The notes under the pieces were generated by a model, which ran no database searches, had not been told where the DNA came from, and saw only the letters and a program-made list of their open reading frames with translations. DNA of 64,000 nucleotides from Gemmatimonadales bacterium (lineage in GTDB: Bacteria; Gemmatimonadota; Gemmatimonadetes; Gemmatimonadales; GWC2-71-9): the NCBI GenBank assembly GCA_041577295.1, contig JBFGJG010000008.1, positions 49,782-113,781 on the forward strand, written 5' to 3'. Numbering within the stretch: position 1 is the first letter of the stretch; the number at the start of each line of letters is the position of its first letter. The translations under genes and the position numbers were made by a program. This document shows positions 31,536-41,089 of the stretch, in pieces.

Positions 31536-32798
31536 TTAGTTCCGATACACCTCCCCATCCTTCATCACGAAGCTCACCCGCTCGAGCACCGTGATGTCTC
31601 GCAGCGGATCACCCGGTACCGCGATGATGTCCGCCACGTATCCGGGCGCCACCTTACCGCGATCCTGCACACCCAGGAGGTCGGCTGCGTTCAGCGTTGC
31701 GGTGCGAATTGCGTCGAGCGGCGTCATGCCACGGTCGACGAGGGCAGCAAACTCTTTGGCGTTGAGTCCATGCGGAAAAACAGCTGCGTCGGTACCAAAG
31801 CCGATCTTTACGCCGGCCCGCACGGCCTTCTCCACGCTCGCGATGGCGAGGGGGAGAATGGACTGCGCCTTGGCGCGGATGGGAGGCGGGAGCATATCCA
31901 GGTTGACAGCGCCAGCGAGATATGTGGTCGGTACGAGATACGTGCCCCGTTCACGCATCAACTGGTTGGCCTCGTCGCTGAGCATTGAGCCATGCTCGAT
32001 CGACGCTACCCCGGCCTTCACCGCCGCGATGATCCCTTCGGTTCCGTGCGCGTGAGCCGCGACGTGCATGCCGTGTCGCCGTGCTTCTTCGACAATCGTC
32101 TCAATCTCCTCGAGCGAGAACTGCTGTGCGCCAACCGACCCCTCAAACGAGAGCACACCGGCAGTCGCGCAGATCTTGATGAACTGTGCCCCGTGCTTGA
32201 TCTGATAGCGCGCTGCCTGCAGGACGCCGCCCACACCGTCTGCAATCCCCTGACGAAAATCGGTTTCACGAACGCCGGGGGCCCACCCGGTGATGTCACA
32301 GTGTCCGCCGGTGATGCCCAGGGCATGCGCTCCAGGAACGATCCGGGGACCGGTCAGGTCGCCGCGATCGATCGCACGCTTGAGGGCGACTCCCGGAAAG
32401 CCGCTCATGTCCCGCACCGTGGTGAACCCGGCCATCAACGTCTTCCGCGCGTTGGCGGCCCCGCGAAGCGCCACGTCGGCCTCCGTCTCCCGCACCACCC
32501 GCGTTACCCACCCCTCACTCAGGTCCCCACCGAGGTGGGTATGCAGATCGGTGAGCCCCGGTAGCAACGTCACATCACTCAGATCAATCACCTGGGCACC
32601 ACGCGGAACCTGATTCACCACGCTCTGAATGCGCCCATCAACCACAACGACCACAGGGTTTGTCATCATACGCCCAGTCTCCACGTCAAGCATCCGCGCT
32701 GCGCGGACGGCGGTCTGGGCGGAAAGAGCGAGCGTGGTAAGGGGGAACGTGGTCAAACTCAGAACCATCAGGGAGGCAACTACAGTTCGTCGTCGCAC
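31536..32798 (-). CDS. Exported amidohydrolase (Xaa-Pro dipeptidase-like)
   Basis: LLPGLTDLHTH, GFTTVRD, TGGHCD, VAAHAHG, IEHG, FGTDAAV. Confidence 0.92.
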   Translation of the reverse strand: MRRRTVVASLMVLSLTTFPLTTLALSAQTAVRAARMLDVETGRMMTNPVVVVVDGRIQSVVNQVPRGAQVIDLSDVTLLPGLTDLHTHLGGDLSEGWVTRVVRETEADVALRGAANARKTLMAGFTTVRDMSGFPGVALKRAIDRGDLTGPRIVPGAHALGITGGHCDITGWAPGVRETDFRQGIADGVGGVLQAARYQIKHGAQFIKICATAGVLSFEGSVGAQQFSLEEIETIVEEARRHGMHVAAHAHGTEGIIAAVKAGVASIEHGSMLSDEANQLMRERGTYLVPTTYLAGAVNLDMLPPPIRAKAQSILPLAIASVEKAVRAGVKIGFGTDAAVFPHGLNAKEFAALVDRGMTPLDAIRTATLNAADLLGVQDRGKVAPGYVADIIAVPGDPLRDITVLERVSFVMKDGEVYRN

Positions 32799-32861
32799 GG
32801 TCGGCTCCAGATTGCGGATTGTGGATCTATGAGCGGAATGTGTTCAATCAACAATCAACAT

Positions 32862-34511
32862 TCAACAATCAGCTATCCACAATCGGCAATCGGCCGTTCC
32901 CAGCATCTCCCATCGCACCAGGGGAATTGGAATGACACCTGCTGCGGCAAATTCATCGAAGAATCGTTTGATGGTAAACTCGTCCCCGAGCTGGATGGCG
33001 CGCTCGGCCATGAGTTCTTCCAGCAGCACTTTGCCGGTCACATAGCTCGTGCCGTACCCAGGCTGCTGCAGATAAAAATGCTGTTCGCCGATGATGGTGT
33101 TGCCATCAGCTGGCAGCCAACCGCGTGGTGTCCATTTGGAAGCGAACTCGGCTGCTTCTGCAACGGTCCACTCATTGGCGTGCTGCATGAGGCCGCCGAT
33201 GGCGCGAGCTGCTCGTTGCGCTAACAGGATGTAGATCAGCTCACGAGCGCGCGGCTTCTCGTCGAACAGCCCCGCATGCATCATCATCTCTTCCAGGCCG
33301 GTCGCGAGCCCCTCGGACCGGGCGGCGTAGATGTTCGACAGCGAGGGGACCCGGCGAATCGGGCTCGGATGCGGCTCCTCCACCATCCGTGCCAACTCGA
33401 TCCAGTGATAGCCGTGCGCGCGCATCGTGACCGGGTCGCGATAGCTGACCTCGGAGAAGAACCCACGTAGCCCCTCCGCTGGCGTAAACTCTCCGATCTT
33501 CGCGCGAAGCGCGGGATCCATGTAGTCCTTCATCGTCACGATCTCTTCTCGCTCGAGAAATCGCACGAACTCATCCACCGCGGCGTTGAAGATCCGCTCG
33601 TACTCCACAGCAGTCTCCACGCGCGTGAGCTGTGGGAGCCGGCGGTTGCGGTTCTCTTCGAGCCTGAGGGACGCATGCGCACGCGCGAGCTCGCGATACA
33701 TGATGGTGAGCTGTTCGTCCCAGCTGTACGGGACCAACTGAACGTTTTGCAGATACCACGTGTAGTTCTCCTTCCCAACACCGGATCGCTCGGTCTTGGA
33801 CGGCAGTTCCCGCTCGAGCCAAAGGCGAAAAACATCGGTCGCTTCCCGCGCGCGCTCAATCGCCGCATCCAGCTCAGCGCTCGTTCCGGCCACCCGATTC
33901 GCGAACTCCGCGAGGTCACGGCTCTGCCCCGCCATGTTGCGGATCCCACCCCGCCAAAGGTCCGCCCCATTGCCGACTAGGTTTTCCCTCGCCTGATCGA
34001 GCACGGCTGGAATGGCTCCGATGCGTGTGGCCAGTTCGCTGGCATCGCCCGGTGACAGCGGATACTCATAGGTCCACAGATCTATCCAACCGTGGATGAC
34101 CGGTCCCTCATGCGCGGGAACATCGCTCTGTGCGGGAAAGATCATCGTGTAAAAGGCGGGATTGCGCGCCCATGGCTGACGCACGCGGTGATCGAAGTCG
34201 AGACCGTGCATCTCGGCGCGGACCGAATGGTAGTCGATCCGCTGCGACACCGGCCACCCAGCCGTATCGATCGCCGCGAGCCGCCGCTCCCACGCGGGCA
34301 ACCGCCGATCTTGCTGCGACATCGCGTCCGCCGTGTAATCCGGAACCCCGTTGGTGAACTCCGGACGCTCGAACGCGCGCCACTCCTCGAACAGCGCCAC
34401 CAGATCGTCATAACTGTTGCTGCTCGGCGGAGTGTCCGAGGTGCAGGCAGCAAGGAGGGAAAGGAGAACGAGAAATGGGAGTGTGTTGCGACCCCAATTG
34501 AGTAGTAACAT
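32862..34511 (-). CDS. DUF885-family lipoprotein
   Basis: LAAC lipobox, SEGLATGLEE, QPGYGTSYVTGK, FTIKRFFD. The last residues are encoded by a heptamer tract. Confidence 0.8.
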   Translation of the reverse strand: MLLLNWGRNTLPFLVLLSLLAACTSDTPPSSNSYDDLVALFEEWRAFERPEFTNGVPDYTADAMSQQDRRLPAWERRLAAIDTAGWPVSQRIDYHSVRAEMHGLDFDHRVRQPWARNPAFYTMIFPAQSDVPAHEGPVIHGWIDLWTYEYPLSPGDASELATRIGAIPAVLDQARENLVGNGADLWRGGIRNMAGQSRDLAEFANRVAGTSAELDAAIERAREATDVFRLWLERELPSKTERSGVGKENYTWYLQNVQLVPYSWDEQLTIMYRELARAHASLRLEENRNRRLPQLTRVETAVEYERIFNAAVDEFVRFLEREEIVTMKDYMDPALRAKIGEFTPAEGLRGFFSEVSYRDPVTMRAHGYHWIELARMVEEPHPSPIRRVPSLSNIYAARSEGLATGLEEMMMHAGLFDEKPRARELIYILLAQRAARAIGGLMQHANEWTVAEAAEFASKWTPRGWLPADGNTIIGEQHFYLQQPGYGTSYVTGKVLLEELMAERAIQLGDEFTIKRFFDEFAAAGVIPIPLVRWEMLGTADCRLWIADC

Positions 34512-34652
34512 AACGATGGCTCCAACTGGAAAAGCGCCGGATCTCTCAGGAAGGCACTAATCGGCACACGGTGACCAGTGATGTCAAATGATTGCTGACT
34601 GGGGTGTGTTGCAATCTTCAATCTTCACTCTCACGGGACTATATTCTCCCCC

Positions 34653-37600
34653 GTGTCTGACCTGCAATCCCGCCTCCAGGAAGCGCTTGGCGACGCGTAT
34701 CGCATCGAGCGAGAGCTCGGTGGTGGCGGGATGAGCCGTGTCTTTCTCGCCGAGGATGTCCAACTCGGTCGGCAGGTCGTCGTAAAAGTGCTGCCCCCGG
34801 AGATGGGCGCGGGTGTGAACGTCGACCGGTTCCGGCGCGAGATCCAGCTGGCTGCCAAGCTGCAGCATCCGCACATCGTACCGCTGTTGAGCGCCGGGTC
34901 GCACGACGATCTCCTCTACTACATGATGCCGTTTATCCAGGGGGAGTCGCTTCGCGCTAAGCTGGCCCGGGAAGGCGAGCTACCGGTAACCGAGGCGGTG
35001 CGGATCCTCAAGGAAGTTCTCGATGCGCTAGCCTACGCGCATCGTCATCACGTCGTCCATCGCGATATCAAGCCGGACAATGTACTCCTGAGTGAGAATC
35101 ACGCGGTGGTCACCGACTTCGGCGTGGCAAAGGCCGTGAGTGCATCGACCGGAGACTCGGCCATTACGTCGCTCGGTGTGGCACTGGGCACCCCTGCATA
35201 CATGGCACCAGAGCAGGCGGCAGCGGATCCCAACGTTGATCACCGAGCAGACCTCTACGCCGTGGGGGCCATGGCGTACGAGATGCTGACCGGGAGGCCG
35301 CCCTTTACCGGTGCCAACCCTCAGTCCGTCTTGTCCGCGCAAATCACGGAACCACCGGAACCCGTGACGAGGCATCGCTCCGCCGTCCCCCCAGCGCTTG
35401 GCGAAATCGTGATGCGTTGCCTCGAGAAGAAAGCGGCGGATCGCTGGCAGCGCGCTGATCAGGTGATTCCGCAGCTCGATGCCTTGCTCACCCCCACCGG
35501 TGGGACGACACCAGCCGGGACACAACCCTACACGTCGTCGGGGACGGAAGCCGCTATTCGTCGCGGGCACCCGTTGCGGGTGATCGCACTCTTTGGCCTC
35601 GCATCCGTCGGCGCAATCGCAATCGTGTACTCCCTCGTGCAGCTGCTAGGCCTGCCGGACTGGGTGGTGTTGGGCGCGGTCGTGTTGCTGGCCATCGGGC
35701 TTCCGATCATGGTGTTCACCGGGCATCACGAGCGGCAGCGTGCGCAGGCCAAGCTCATGGGCACAGCGGTTACGACGCCCACCGGTGTCCGCCAACATTT
35801 TACGTGGCGCAAGGCAATCCTCGGGGGCGGATTGGCGTTCGCCGGGCTCGGCGTCGTGACGGCCGGGTACATGGCGATGCGGCTCTTAGGCATTGGCCCC
35901 GTGGGAACCCTGGTCGCCGCAGGCGTGCTCGACGAACGCGGCCGCATTCTTCTGGCGGATTTCGAGAACCGAACGGCCGACTCCACGCTGGGACCCTCCG
36001 TCACGGATGCCTTCCGCGTGGACCTCGGTCAGTCCCGGGTGATCAAGCTGGTAGATGCGTCGCAGTTGAGCGAAACGCTGCGGCGCATGGAGCGAGATCC
36101 CAATGCGCCTATCGATCTCGCACTTGCGCGGGAGATTGCGGAGCGAGAAGGCATCACCGCAGTGGTCAGTGGTGAGATCGGTCCGGTGGGTCGGGGATAC
36201 GTGCTTTCGGCGAGCGTCGTTGCCGCCTCCGATGGCGCCGTGCTCACGGCGGTGCGGGAAACAGCAGCAGACGAGGGTGCAATCATTCCCGCCATCGACC
36301 GGCTCTCCGGGAAACTGCGCGAGCGGATCGGAGAGTCGCTGCGCGATATCCGTGGTAATCAGCCACTGGAGCGGGTTACCACGCGATCGCTCGAGGCACT
36401 CCGTAAGTACTCACAGGCGCTCAGAGCTGAGGAGCTTGGGGAGTTCGACCGAGCGCTATCGTTGCTCGACGAAGCCGTTTCCCTCGACACGACCTTTGCG
36501 ATGGCGTACCGGAAGCAGGCCGTGATCCTGGGCAACACCTTCGCGGGTATCGATCGGACCATGGAGGCCGCGACGAAGGCCTACCGCCACCGCGAACGGC
36601 TGCCGGACGTCGAGCGCTACCTGGCCGAGGCGTACTACCACTTTCAGGTGGAGTACGACCGCACCCGCCTGATCGCCGCGTATCAATCGGCGCTCGAGCT
36701 CGACCCGGACAACACCACAGCGCTCAACAATCTGGCACTCGAGCTCATTGCAATGCGGCGATACGAAGAAGCGGAAGCGCTCGTACGCCAAGCGATCGCC
36801 ACGGACCCGAGCGGCTGGACCTACTACGCCATCGCGATGGATGCCCAGGTGGGCCAAGGACGTTGGGAAGCCGCGGAAAGCACCTTAGCACAACTGGGGA
36901 ACGCGCTGGGTGAGGATAGCCCACACTATGCGCGGTTCAACGGCGACTACCATGCCGGCAGAGGCAACTGGCAACAGGCTCGCGAGATTGGTCGACGTAT
37001 TCTCGAGACCCATCGAGCGTCTTTCTGGCAGGCCGGCGCAAGCTTCGCCCTGGCCGGTGTCGCAGGTCAGCAGGGAAGAATCTCTGATGCTGAACAACAC
37101 TTCCAACGCTTCGTCAACATCAACGAAGCCGATGGTCGGGCAACCGCTGTGCTGTTCGCGGAGATGCAACGCGCGTTGCTGCGACTCAAATTACGCGACG
37201 ATCGAGCAGGCGCGACGCGATTGTTGGATGAGGCGCTCGAGCGACATCCACTTGCGGAGATGCCACCGTCGAACCGGCCATATAGCGCCCTCGCCGAGAT
37301 CTACGCCGACGCGGGACGCGTTGAGCGCGCAAAAGCGCTCATGGCGGAACACGAGCAAGCGGTACCCGAGTCGCTGCGGCGGGGTGATCTCGGTCGATAT
37401 GGTGCCGAAGGAGCGATTGCGCTCGCCGAGCGGCGTTTTGCTGATGCCGTGCGGCTGTTCCGTCAGCACCACGAGGTCGGAGACAATTTCTGTACCTGGT
37501 GCGCACTCTACCGCTTGGGTGAGACGTACGACTTGGCAGGGCAAGCCGACTCTGCGCTCGTGGCCTACGAGCGGGCGGTGAGCGCACCGCATCTCTTCAA

Positions 37601-37793
37601 TCATTACCAAACCTGGCACTCGAACACACAAACGCTCAAACGGCTCGGCGAGCTATACGAGCAGCGTGGCAACCGCGACAAGGCCGTGGAGTATTACAAC
37701 CAGTTCGTTGATCGCTGGAACGAGGCGGACGCCGAGCTTCAACCGGTGGTACGCGAAGTACGACAGCGGATCGCGAACCTCGTGGAAGGATAG
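34653..37793 (+). CDS. Ser/Thr kinase 6: kinase, 3 TM, TolB-like domain, TPR
   Basis: GGGGMSRVF, HRDIKPDN, DFG; LGLPDWV..FTWRKAILGG; ILLADFEN; TPR repeats. GTG start. Confidence 0.92.
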   Translation: MSDLQSRLQEALGDAYRIERELGGGGMSRVFLAEDVQLGRQVVVKVLPPEMGAGVNVDRFRREIQLAAKLQHPHIVPLLSAGSHDDLLYYMMPFIQGESLRAKLAREGELPVTEAVRILKEVLDALAYAHRHHVVHRDIKPDNVLLSENHAVVTDFGVAKAVSASTGDSAITSLGVALGTPAYMAPEQAAADPNVDHRADLYAVGAMAYEMLTGRPPFTGANPQSVLSAQITEPPEPVTRHRSAVPPALGEIVMRCLEKKAADRWQRADQVIPQLDALLTPTGGTTPAGTQPYTSSGTEAAIRRGHPLRVIALFGLASVGAIAIVYSLVQLLGLPDWVVLGAVVLLAIGLPIMVFTGHHERQRAQAKLMGTAVTTPTGVRQHFTWRKAILGGGLAFAGLGVVTAGYMAMRLLGIGPVGTLVAAGVLDERGRILLADFENRTADSTLGPSVTDAFRVDLGQSRVIKLVDASQLSETLRRMERDPNAPIDLALAREIAEREGITAVVSGEIGPVGRGYVLSASVVAASDGAVLTAVRETAADEGAIIPAIDRLSGKLRERIGESLRDIRGNQPLERVTTRSLEALRKYSQALRAEELGEFDRALSLLDEAVSLDTTFAMAYRKQAVILGNTFAGIDRTMEAATKAYRHRERLPDVERYLAEAYYHFQVEYDRTRLIAAYQSALELDPDNTTALNNLALELIAMRRYEEAEALVRQAIATDPSGWTYYAIAMDAQVGQGRWEAAESTLAQLGNALGEDSPHYARFNGDYHAGRGNWQQAREIGRRILETHRASFWQAGASFALAGVAGQQGRISDAEQHFQRFVNINEADGRATAVLFAEMQRALLRLKLRDDRAGATRLLDEALERHPLAEMPPSNRPYSALAEIYADAGRVERAKALMAEHEQAVPESLRRGDLGRYGAEGAIALAERRFADAVRLFRQHHEVGDNFCTWCALYRLGETYDLAGQADSALVAYERAVSAPHLFNHYQTWHSNTQTLKRLGELYEQRGNRDKAVEYYNQFVDRWNEADAELQPVVREVRQRIANLVEG

Positions 37794-37827
37794 AACAACA
37801 GCCAAGAGCGGGAGTAGTAAAACGATC

Positions 37828-37889
37828 GCTGATTACAGATCGCAGATTGGGTTCCTCCAGTGATCTTCAGTCTGCGATCTGTAATCAGC
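37828..37889. terminator. Heptamer-built 22-bp hairpin between convergent kinase genes
   Basis: GCTGATTACAGATCGCAGATTG (37828-37849) and CAGTCTGCGATCTGTAATCAGC (37868-37889), 21 of 22 Watson-Crick pairs. Confidence 0.6.
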
Positions 37890-40320
37890 TCGTCCACAGC
37901 GCACCGAGAAACTTCTTCCAGCGACCCTGATTCTTGCGGTACGTTCCCTTCAGTTCGGCGAGCATTCTGTCGAACTCGGCGTTTCCGTGCGCGTCCTTCC
38001 ACACCGGGTTCCGTGAGAGCCAGGGATAGTTCTCGTTCCCCAAGTAGATCGCCCTGCGCAGCCAGTGCAACGCCTCAGAGATGTTTCCATCCACTACGCA
38101 ATATGTGCCAAGCCGGTACGCCATCTCGCAGTCCGCCGCGGCGGCGGCCAGCAGTTCGTCGGTGATCAACGCGGCTGCCTTCTCCGGCTGCTGGGTGACG
38201 ACATAACACATCGCCAACGTGGGATAGGTGAGGCGGCGACCGGGATCGTCCGCGATCACGCGGCTCAAGACGTCAATGGCCTTGTCGTATTGTCCCTCCC
38301 GAAAGAGCAGATATCCCTGGGTGGTCCGCAGCAGTAAATGATTTGCTTCCAGTGTGAGCCCTTTCTCCACTTCGTGCCATGCCAGGTCGAGTTGTCCCAT
38401 ATAGTGGTAAATGCGGGCTCGGCGATTGTAGACCCGGGTGGCGCCTGCGGGATTGGCCTGCAACGCCATCCCAAAGAGCCGCAGTGATTCCTCCAGCAGC
38501 CCATCCAACTGGACGATCACACCTGCCCCAAACAGCACCTCTCCATCGTTCCCGGCATGCTTGAGGAGATACTGAATATCGAGGCGCGCGTTTTCCTTCT
38601 CGCCGCGCCAAAGGAACGTATATGCTCGGTTGAGCCGTGCTTCTGCATGGTCAGGGTCGATGGCAAGAGCGTTTTCCAAGTGCCGCTGAGCTGACATGAA
38701 GTGTGTCAGACCACCAAAGCCGTTTATGACCGAGTGGAGGTGCGCGATGCCGAGCCCCACGTGTGCCGCGGCGAAGTCAGGTGCGCCATCGATGACCGAT
38801 TCAAAAGCCCGCATTGCCTGTTCGAGATCCTCACGTTGGCTGGAGCTCCACAGAAAACGCGTGAGCACCGCACGGCCTTTCAGGTATTCCTCCGATAAAT
38901 GCTCCGGGACAGCGGCAGCCGCTGCCTGCGGCCGCTTTTGCTGGACGATCCCGATGTTGTGCAGAGCGGCAACGACCTCATCCAATATTTCGCCCTGAAT
39001 CCGCACCAGATCGAGCGACGGCACGGAAACCGTGCCACCCGAAAGCACCGCCTTGTCCGCCACGTTCGACAGTTGCCAGTTGATGGTGAACCCCGCATCC
39101 GAGCGCACGAAGCTTCCGCTGAGACCATACCGAGCTTTGAGTTGGCGAGCTGCATCGATCGCGTCGGTCGTCGTGCCGGCGAGTGAAAGAAAAGCGCTGG
39201 GCGGCCGGACGATGACAGACGACATTCCCGCGAGACGGGTCGCGACCATATCTGCCAATGCCAAACCGTAGTACCGGGGTTGGTCGTCGGTGCCGAGGTT
39301 TTGAAACGGCAGTACCGCAATCGCGTTCTCCGGAATCCCTTCAATACCCTTCGGTAGAAACCGCTCCACCAACAGCGAGAAGGGCCCCGCACGCCTCTTG
39401 GTATCCGGCGCCGGAGAGGGCAGAACGGCAGAGCTCTCCCCCGGAATGACCCCCAATTCGAAGTCCATGGTTTTCATGAGCGTTTTGAGGGCCTCACCCA
39501 ACTCTGAGGCCGACGTGAAACGATTCGCTGGCTGCTTATCGATGGCTTTTAAAATGACGCTCTCGAGCTCCTCCGGAATGTCCGGACGGATCCTTCGTGG
39601 CGCCACCGGCTGGCTGAACTGGATGGCGTGGACCAGCCGCTCGAGGTTCGCGTTTGGAACCCAAAAAGGATGCTGGCCAGTGAGCATCTCGTACAGCATG
39701 ACGCCCAACGCGTAAATGTCGGATTGTTCGCTGCTTCGCCGAGTGACGAACTGCTCCGGCGCCATGTAGGCGGTCGTACCAAACCGAGAAGATTGCGCGT
39801 CACTGGTACTGCGCTCGCCTGCGTTTGCGACATCCGATCCCGCCGTTACCGTCCGCCGCTTTGCCAATCCGAAGTCAAGGATCTTCACCAGCCCGCCGTC
39901 CGTGATCATGATGTTCGCCGGTTTGAGATCGCGGTGCAGGATCTTCAAACGGTGAGCGTCGGCCAGTCCACTAGCGATTTGGATTCCTATCGACAACGAG
40001 AAGTGGACGTTGAGCGCGCCTGCCGCAAGCAACTTCTGCAGTGTTTGTCCCGGTACGTACTGCATCACGATGTAGGGCCGGTTGTCGTGCTCACCCGCCT
40101 CGTAGATGGCACAGACGTTGGGATGCTGGATGGCGGACGCGAGTCGCGCCTCTTGGAGAATCTTGTTCCGGATATCTGGATCGGATGCGCGGTCCTTGCG
40201 CACGATCTTCAAGACCACCGACCGCATGAGCTTCGTGTCGGTGGCTTGATAGACCGTCCCTTGTGATCCGGCACCGAGGCGGTGCTCTATGCGATATTGA
40301 TTTATTTGGCTAAGACGCAT
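37885..40320 (-). CDS. Ser/Thr kinase 7: soluble kinase, TolB-like domain, TPR
   Basis: GAGSQGTVY, HRDLKPAN, DFGLAK, IAVLPFQN; no TM segment seen. ATG at 40320 lies 4 nt after the batE stop. Confidence 0.9.
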   Translation of the reverse strand: MRLSQINQYRIEHRLGAGSQGTVYQATDTKLMRSVVLKIVRKDRASDPDIRNKILQEARLASAIQHPNVCAIYEAGEHDNRPYIVMQYVPGQTLQKLLAAGALNVHFSLSIGIQIASGLADAHRLKILHRDLKPANIMITDGGLVKILDFGLAKRRTVTAGSDVANAGERSTSDAQSSRFGTTAYMAPEQFVTRRSSEQSDIYALGVMLYEMLTGQHPFWVPNANLERLVHAIQFSQPVAPRRIRPDIPEELESVILKAIDKQPANRFTSASELGEALKTLMKTMDFELGVIPGESSAVLPSPAPDTKRRAGPFSLLVERFLPKGIEGIPENAIAVLPFQNLGTDDQPRYYGLALADMVATRLAGMSSVIVRPPSAFLSLAGTTTDAIDAARQLKARYGLSGSFVRSDAGFTINWQLSNVADKAVLSGGTVSVPSLDLVRIQGEILDEVVAALHNIGIVQQKRPQAAAAAVPEHLSEEYLKGRAVLTRFLWSSSQREDLEQAMRAFESVIDGAPDFAAAHVGLGIAHLHSVINGFGGLTHFMSAQRHLENALAIDPDHAEARLNRAYTFLWRGEKENARLDIQYLLKHAGNDGEVLFGAGVIVQLDGLLEESLRLFGMALQANPAGATRVYNRRARIYHYMGQLDLAWHEVEKGLTLEANHLLLRTTQGYLLFREGQYDKAIDVLSRVIADDPGRRLTYPTLAMCYVVTQQPEKAAALITDELLAAAAADCEMAYRLGTYCVVDGNISEALHWLRRAIYLGNENYPWLSRNPVWKDAHGNAEFDRMLAELKGTYRKNQGRWKKFLGALWTS

Positions 40321-40324
40321 CGGA

Positions 40325-41089
40325 TCATATTTCTTCCAACACGTCCACCCGCACCCATCCCACCTTCCCATCCTCGAGCACGATTTCCACCCATTCGTCG
40401 GACTGACGGTCGATGCGAACCTTGGTGCCTTCGTGAATGGCAAAGACCTGCAGGGCTCGGTCTTCGGACGGGGCACTTTGGACGGACACCTCGTCTGCCA
40501 TGATGATGGCTTCCCGCGGTTGAGCAATGCGGAGCTCGAGCACGGCAAGGTTGATCGCCAACATCGTGGTCACGACAGCAGTTGCGATGGTCACGGGCCG
40601 AAGGGCATCGGCGATCGCAGTCCCACGCTTCAGGATCGATACCGTGAGAGCGGCCATGACGATTAGGTAACCGACCCCAACCAAGACCACGAGCCACGAA
40701 TGCGGGATGAGGTGCACCCACCAGCGGATAACGTCGAATAACCAGAAATCGCCTAACGGGGTCACCTCATCCGCAGTGAGCGAGCGGGCCAGTTGTAGGT
40801 TGGCGCGTATATCGGCGTCGCGGGGTAGGAGTCGCTGTGCCCGCTCATAGTAAAGGATTGCGCTTCCCAACTCGCCGAGCTTGAAGTAGCTGTTCCCGAT
40901 GTTGTAGTACAGCGCGCCACTTTCCAGACCGGCATCCACGATTCGAAGGTAGCTCTCCAACGCTCGTTCGTATTCGCCCTCCTGATAGAGGCGATTCCCT
41001 TCTTCGAAGAACGCCTCCTGCCCCGGCGCAGGAACCGCAGCACCAAGGCATGCCAGGACCAGCAGCGACCAGATCAGAACGTTTCTCAT
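40325..41089 (-). CDS. batE: BatE-like TPR + SH3 protein
   Basis: YYNIGNSYFKLG..AILYYERA, IHEGTKV..DGKVGWV; operon position. Confidence 0.85.
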   Translation of the reverse strand: MRNVLIWSLLVLACLGAAVPAPGQEAFFEEGNRLYQEGEYERALESYLRIVDAGLESGALYYNIGNSYFKLGELGSAILYYERAQRLLPRDADIRANLQLARSLTADEVTPLGDFWLFDVIRWWVHLIPHSWLVVLVGVGYLIVMAALTVSILKRGTAIADALRPVTIATAVVTTMLAINLAVLELRIAQPREAIIMADEVSVQSAPSEDRALQVFAIHEGTKVRIDRQSDEWVEIVLEDGKVGWVRVDVLEEI

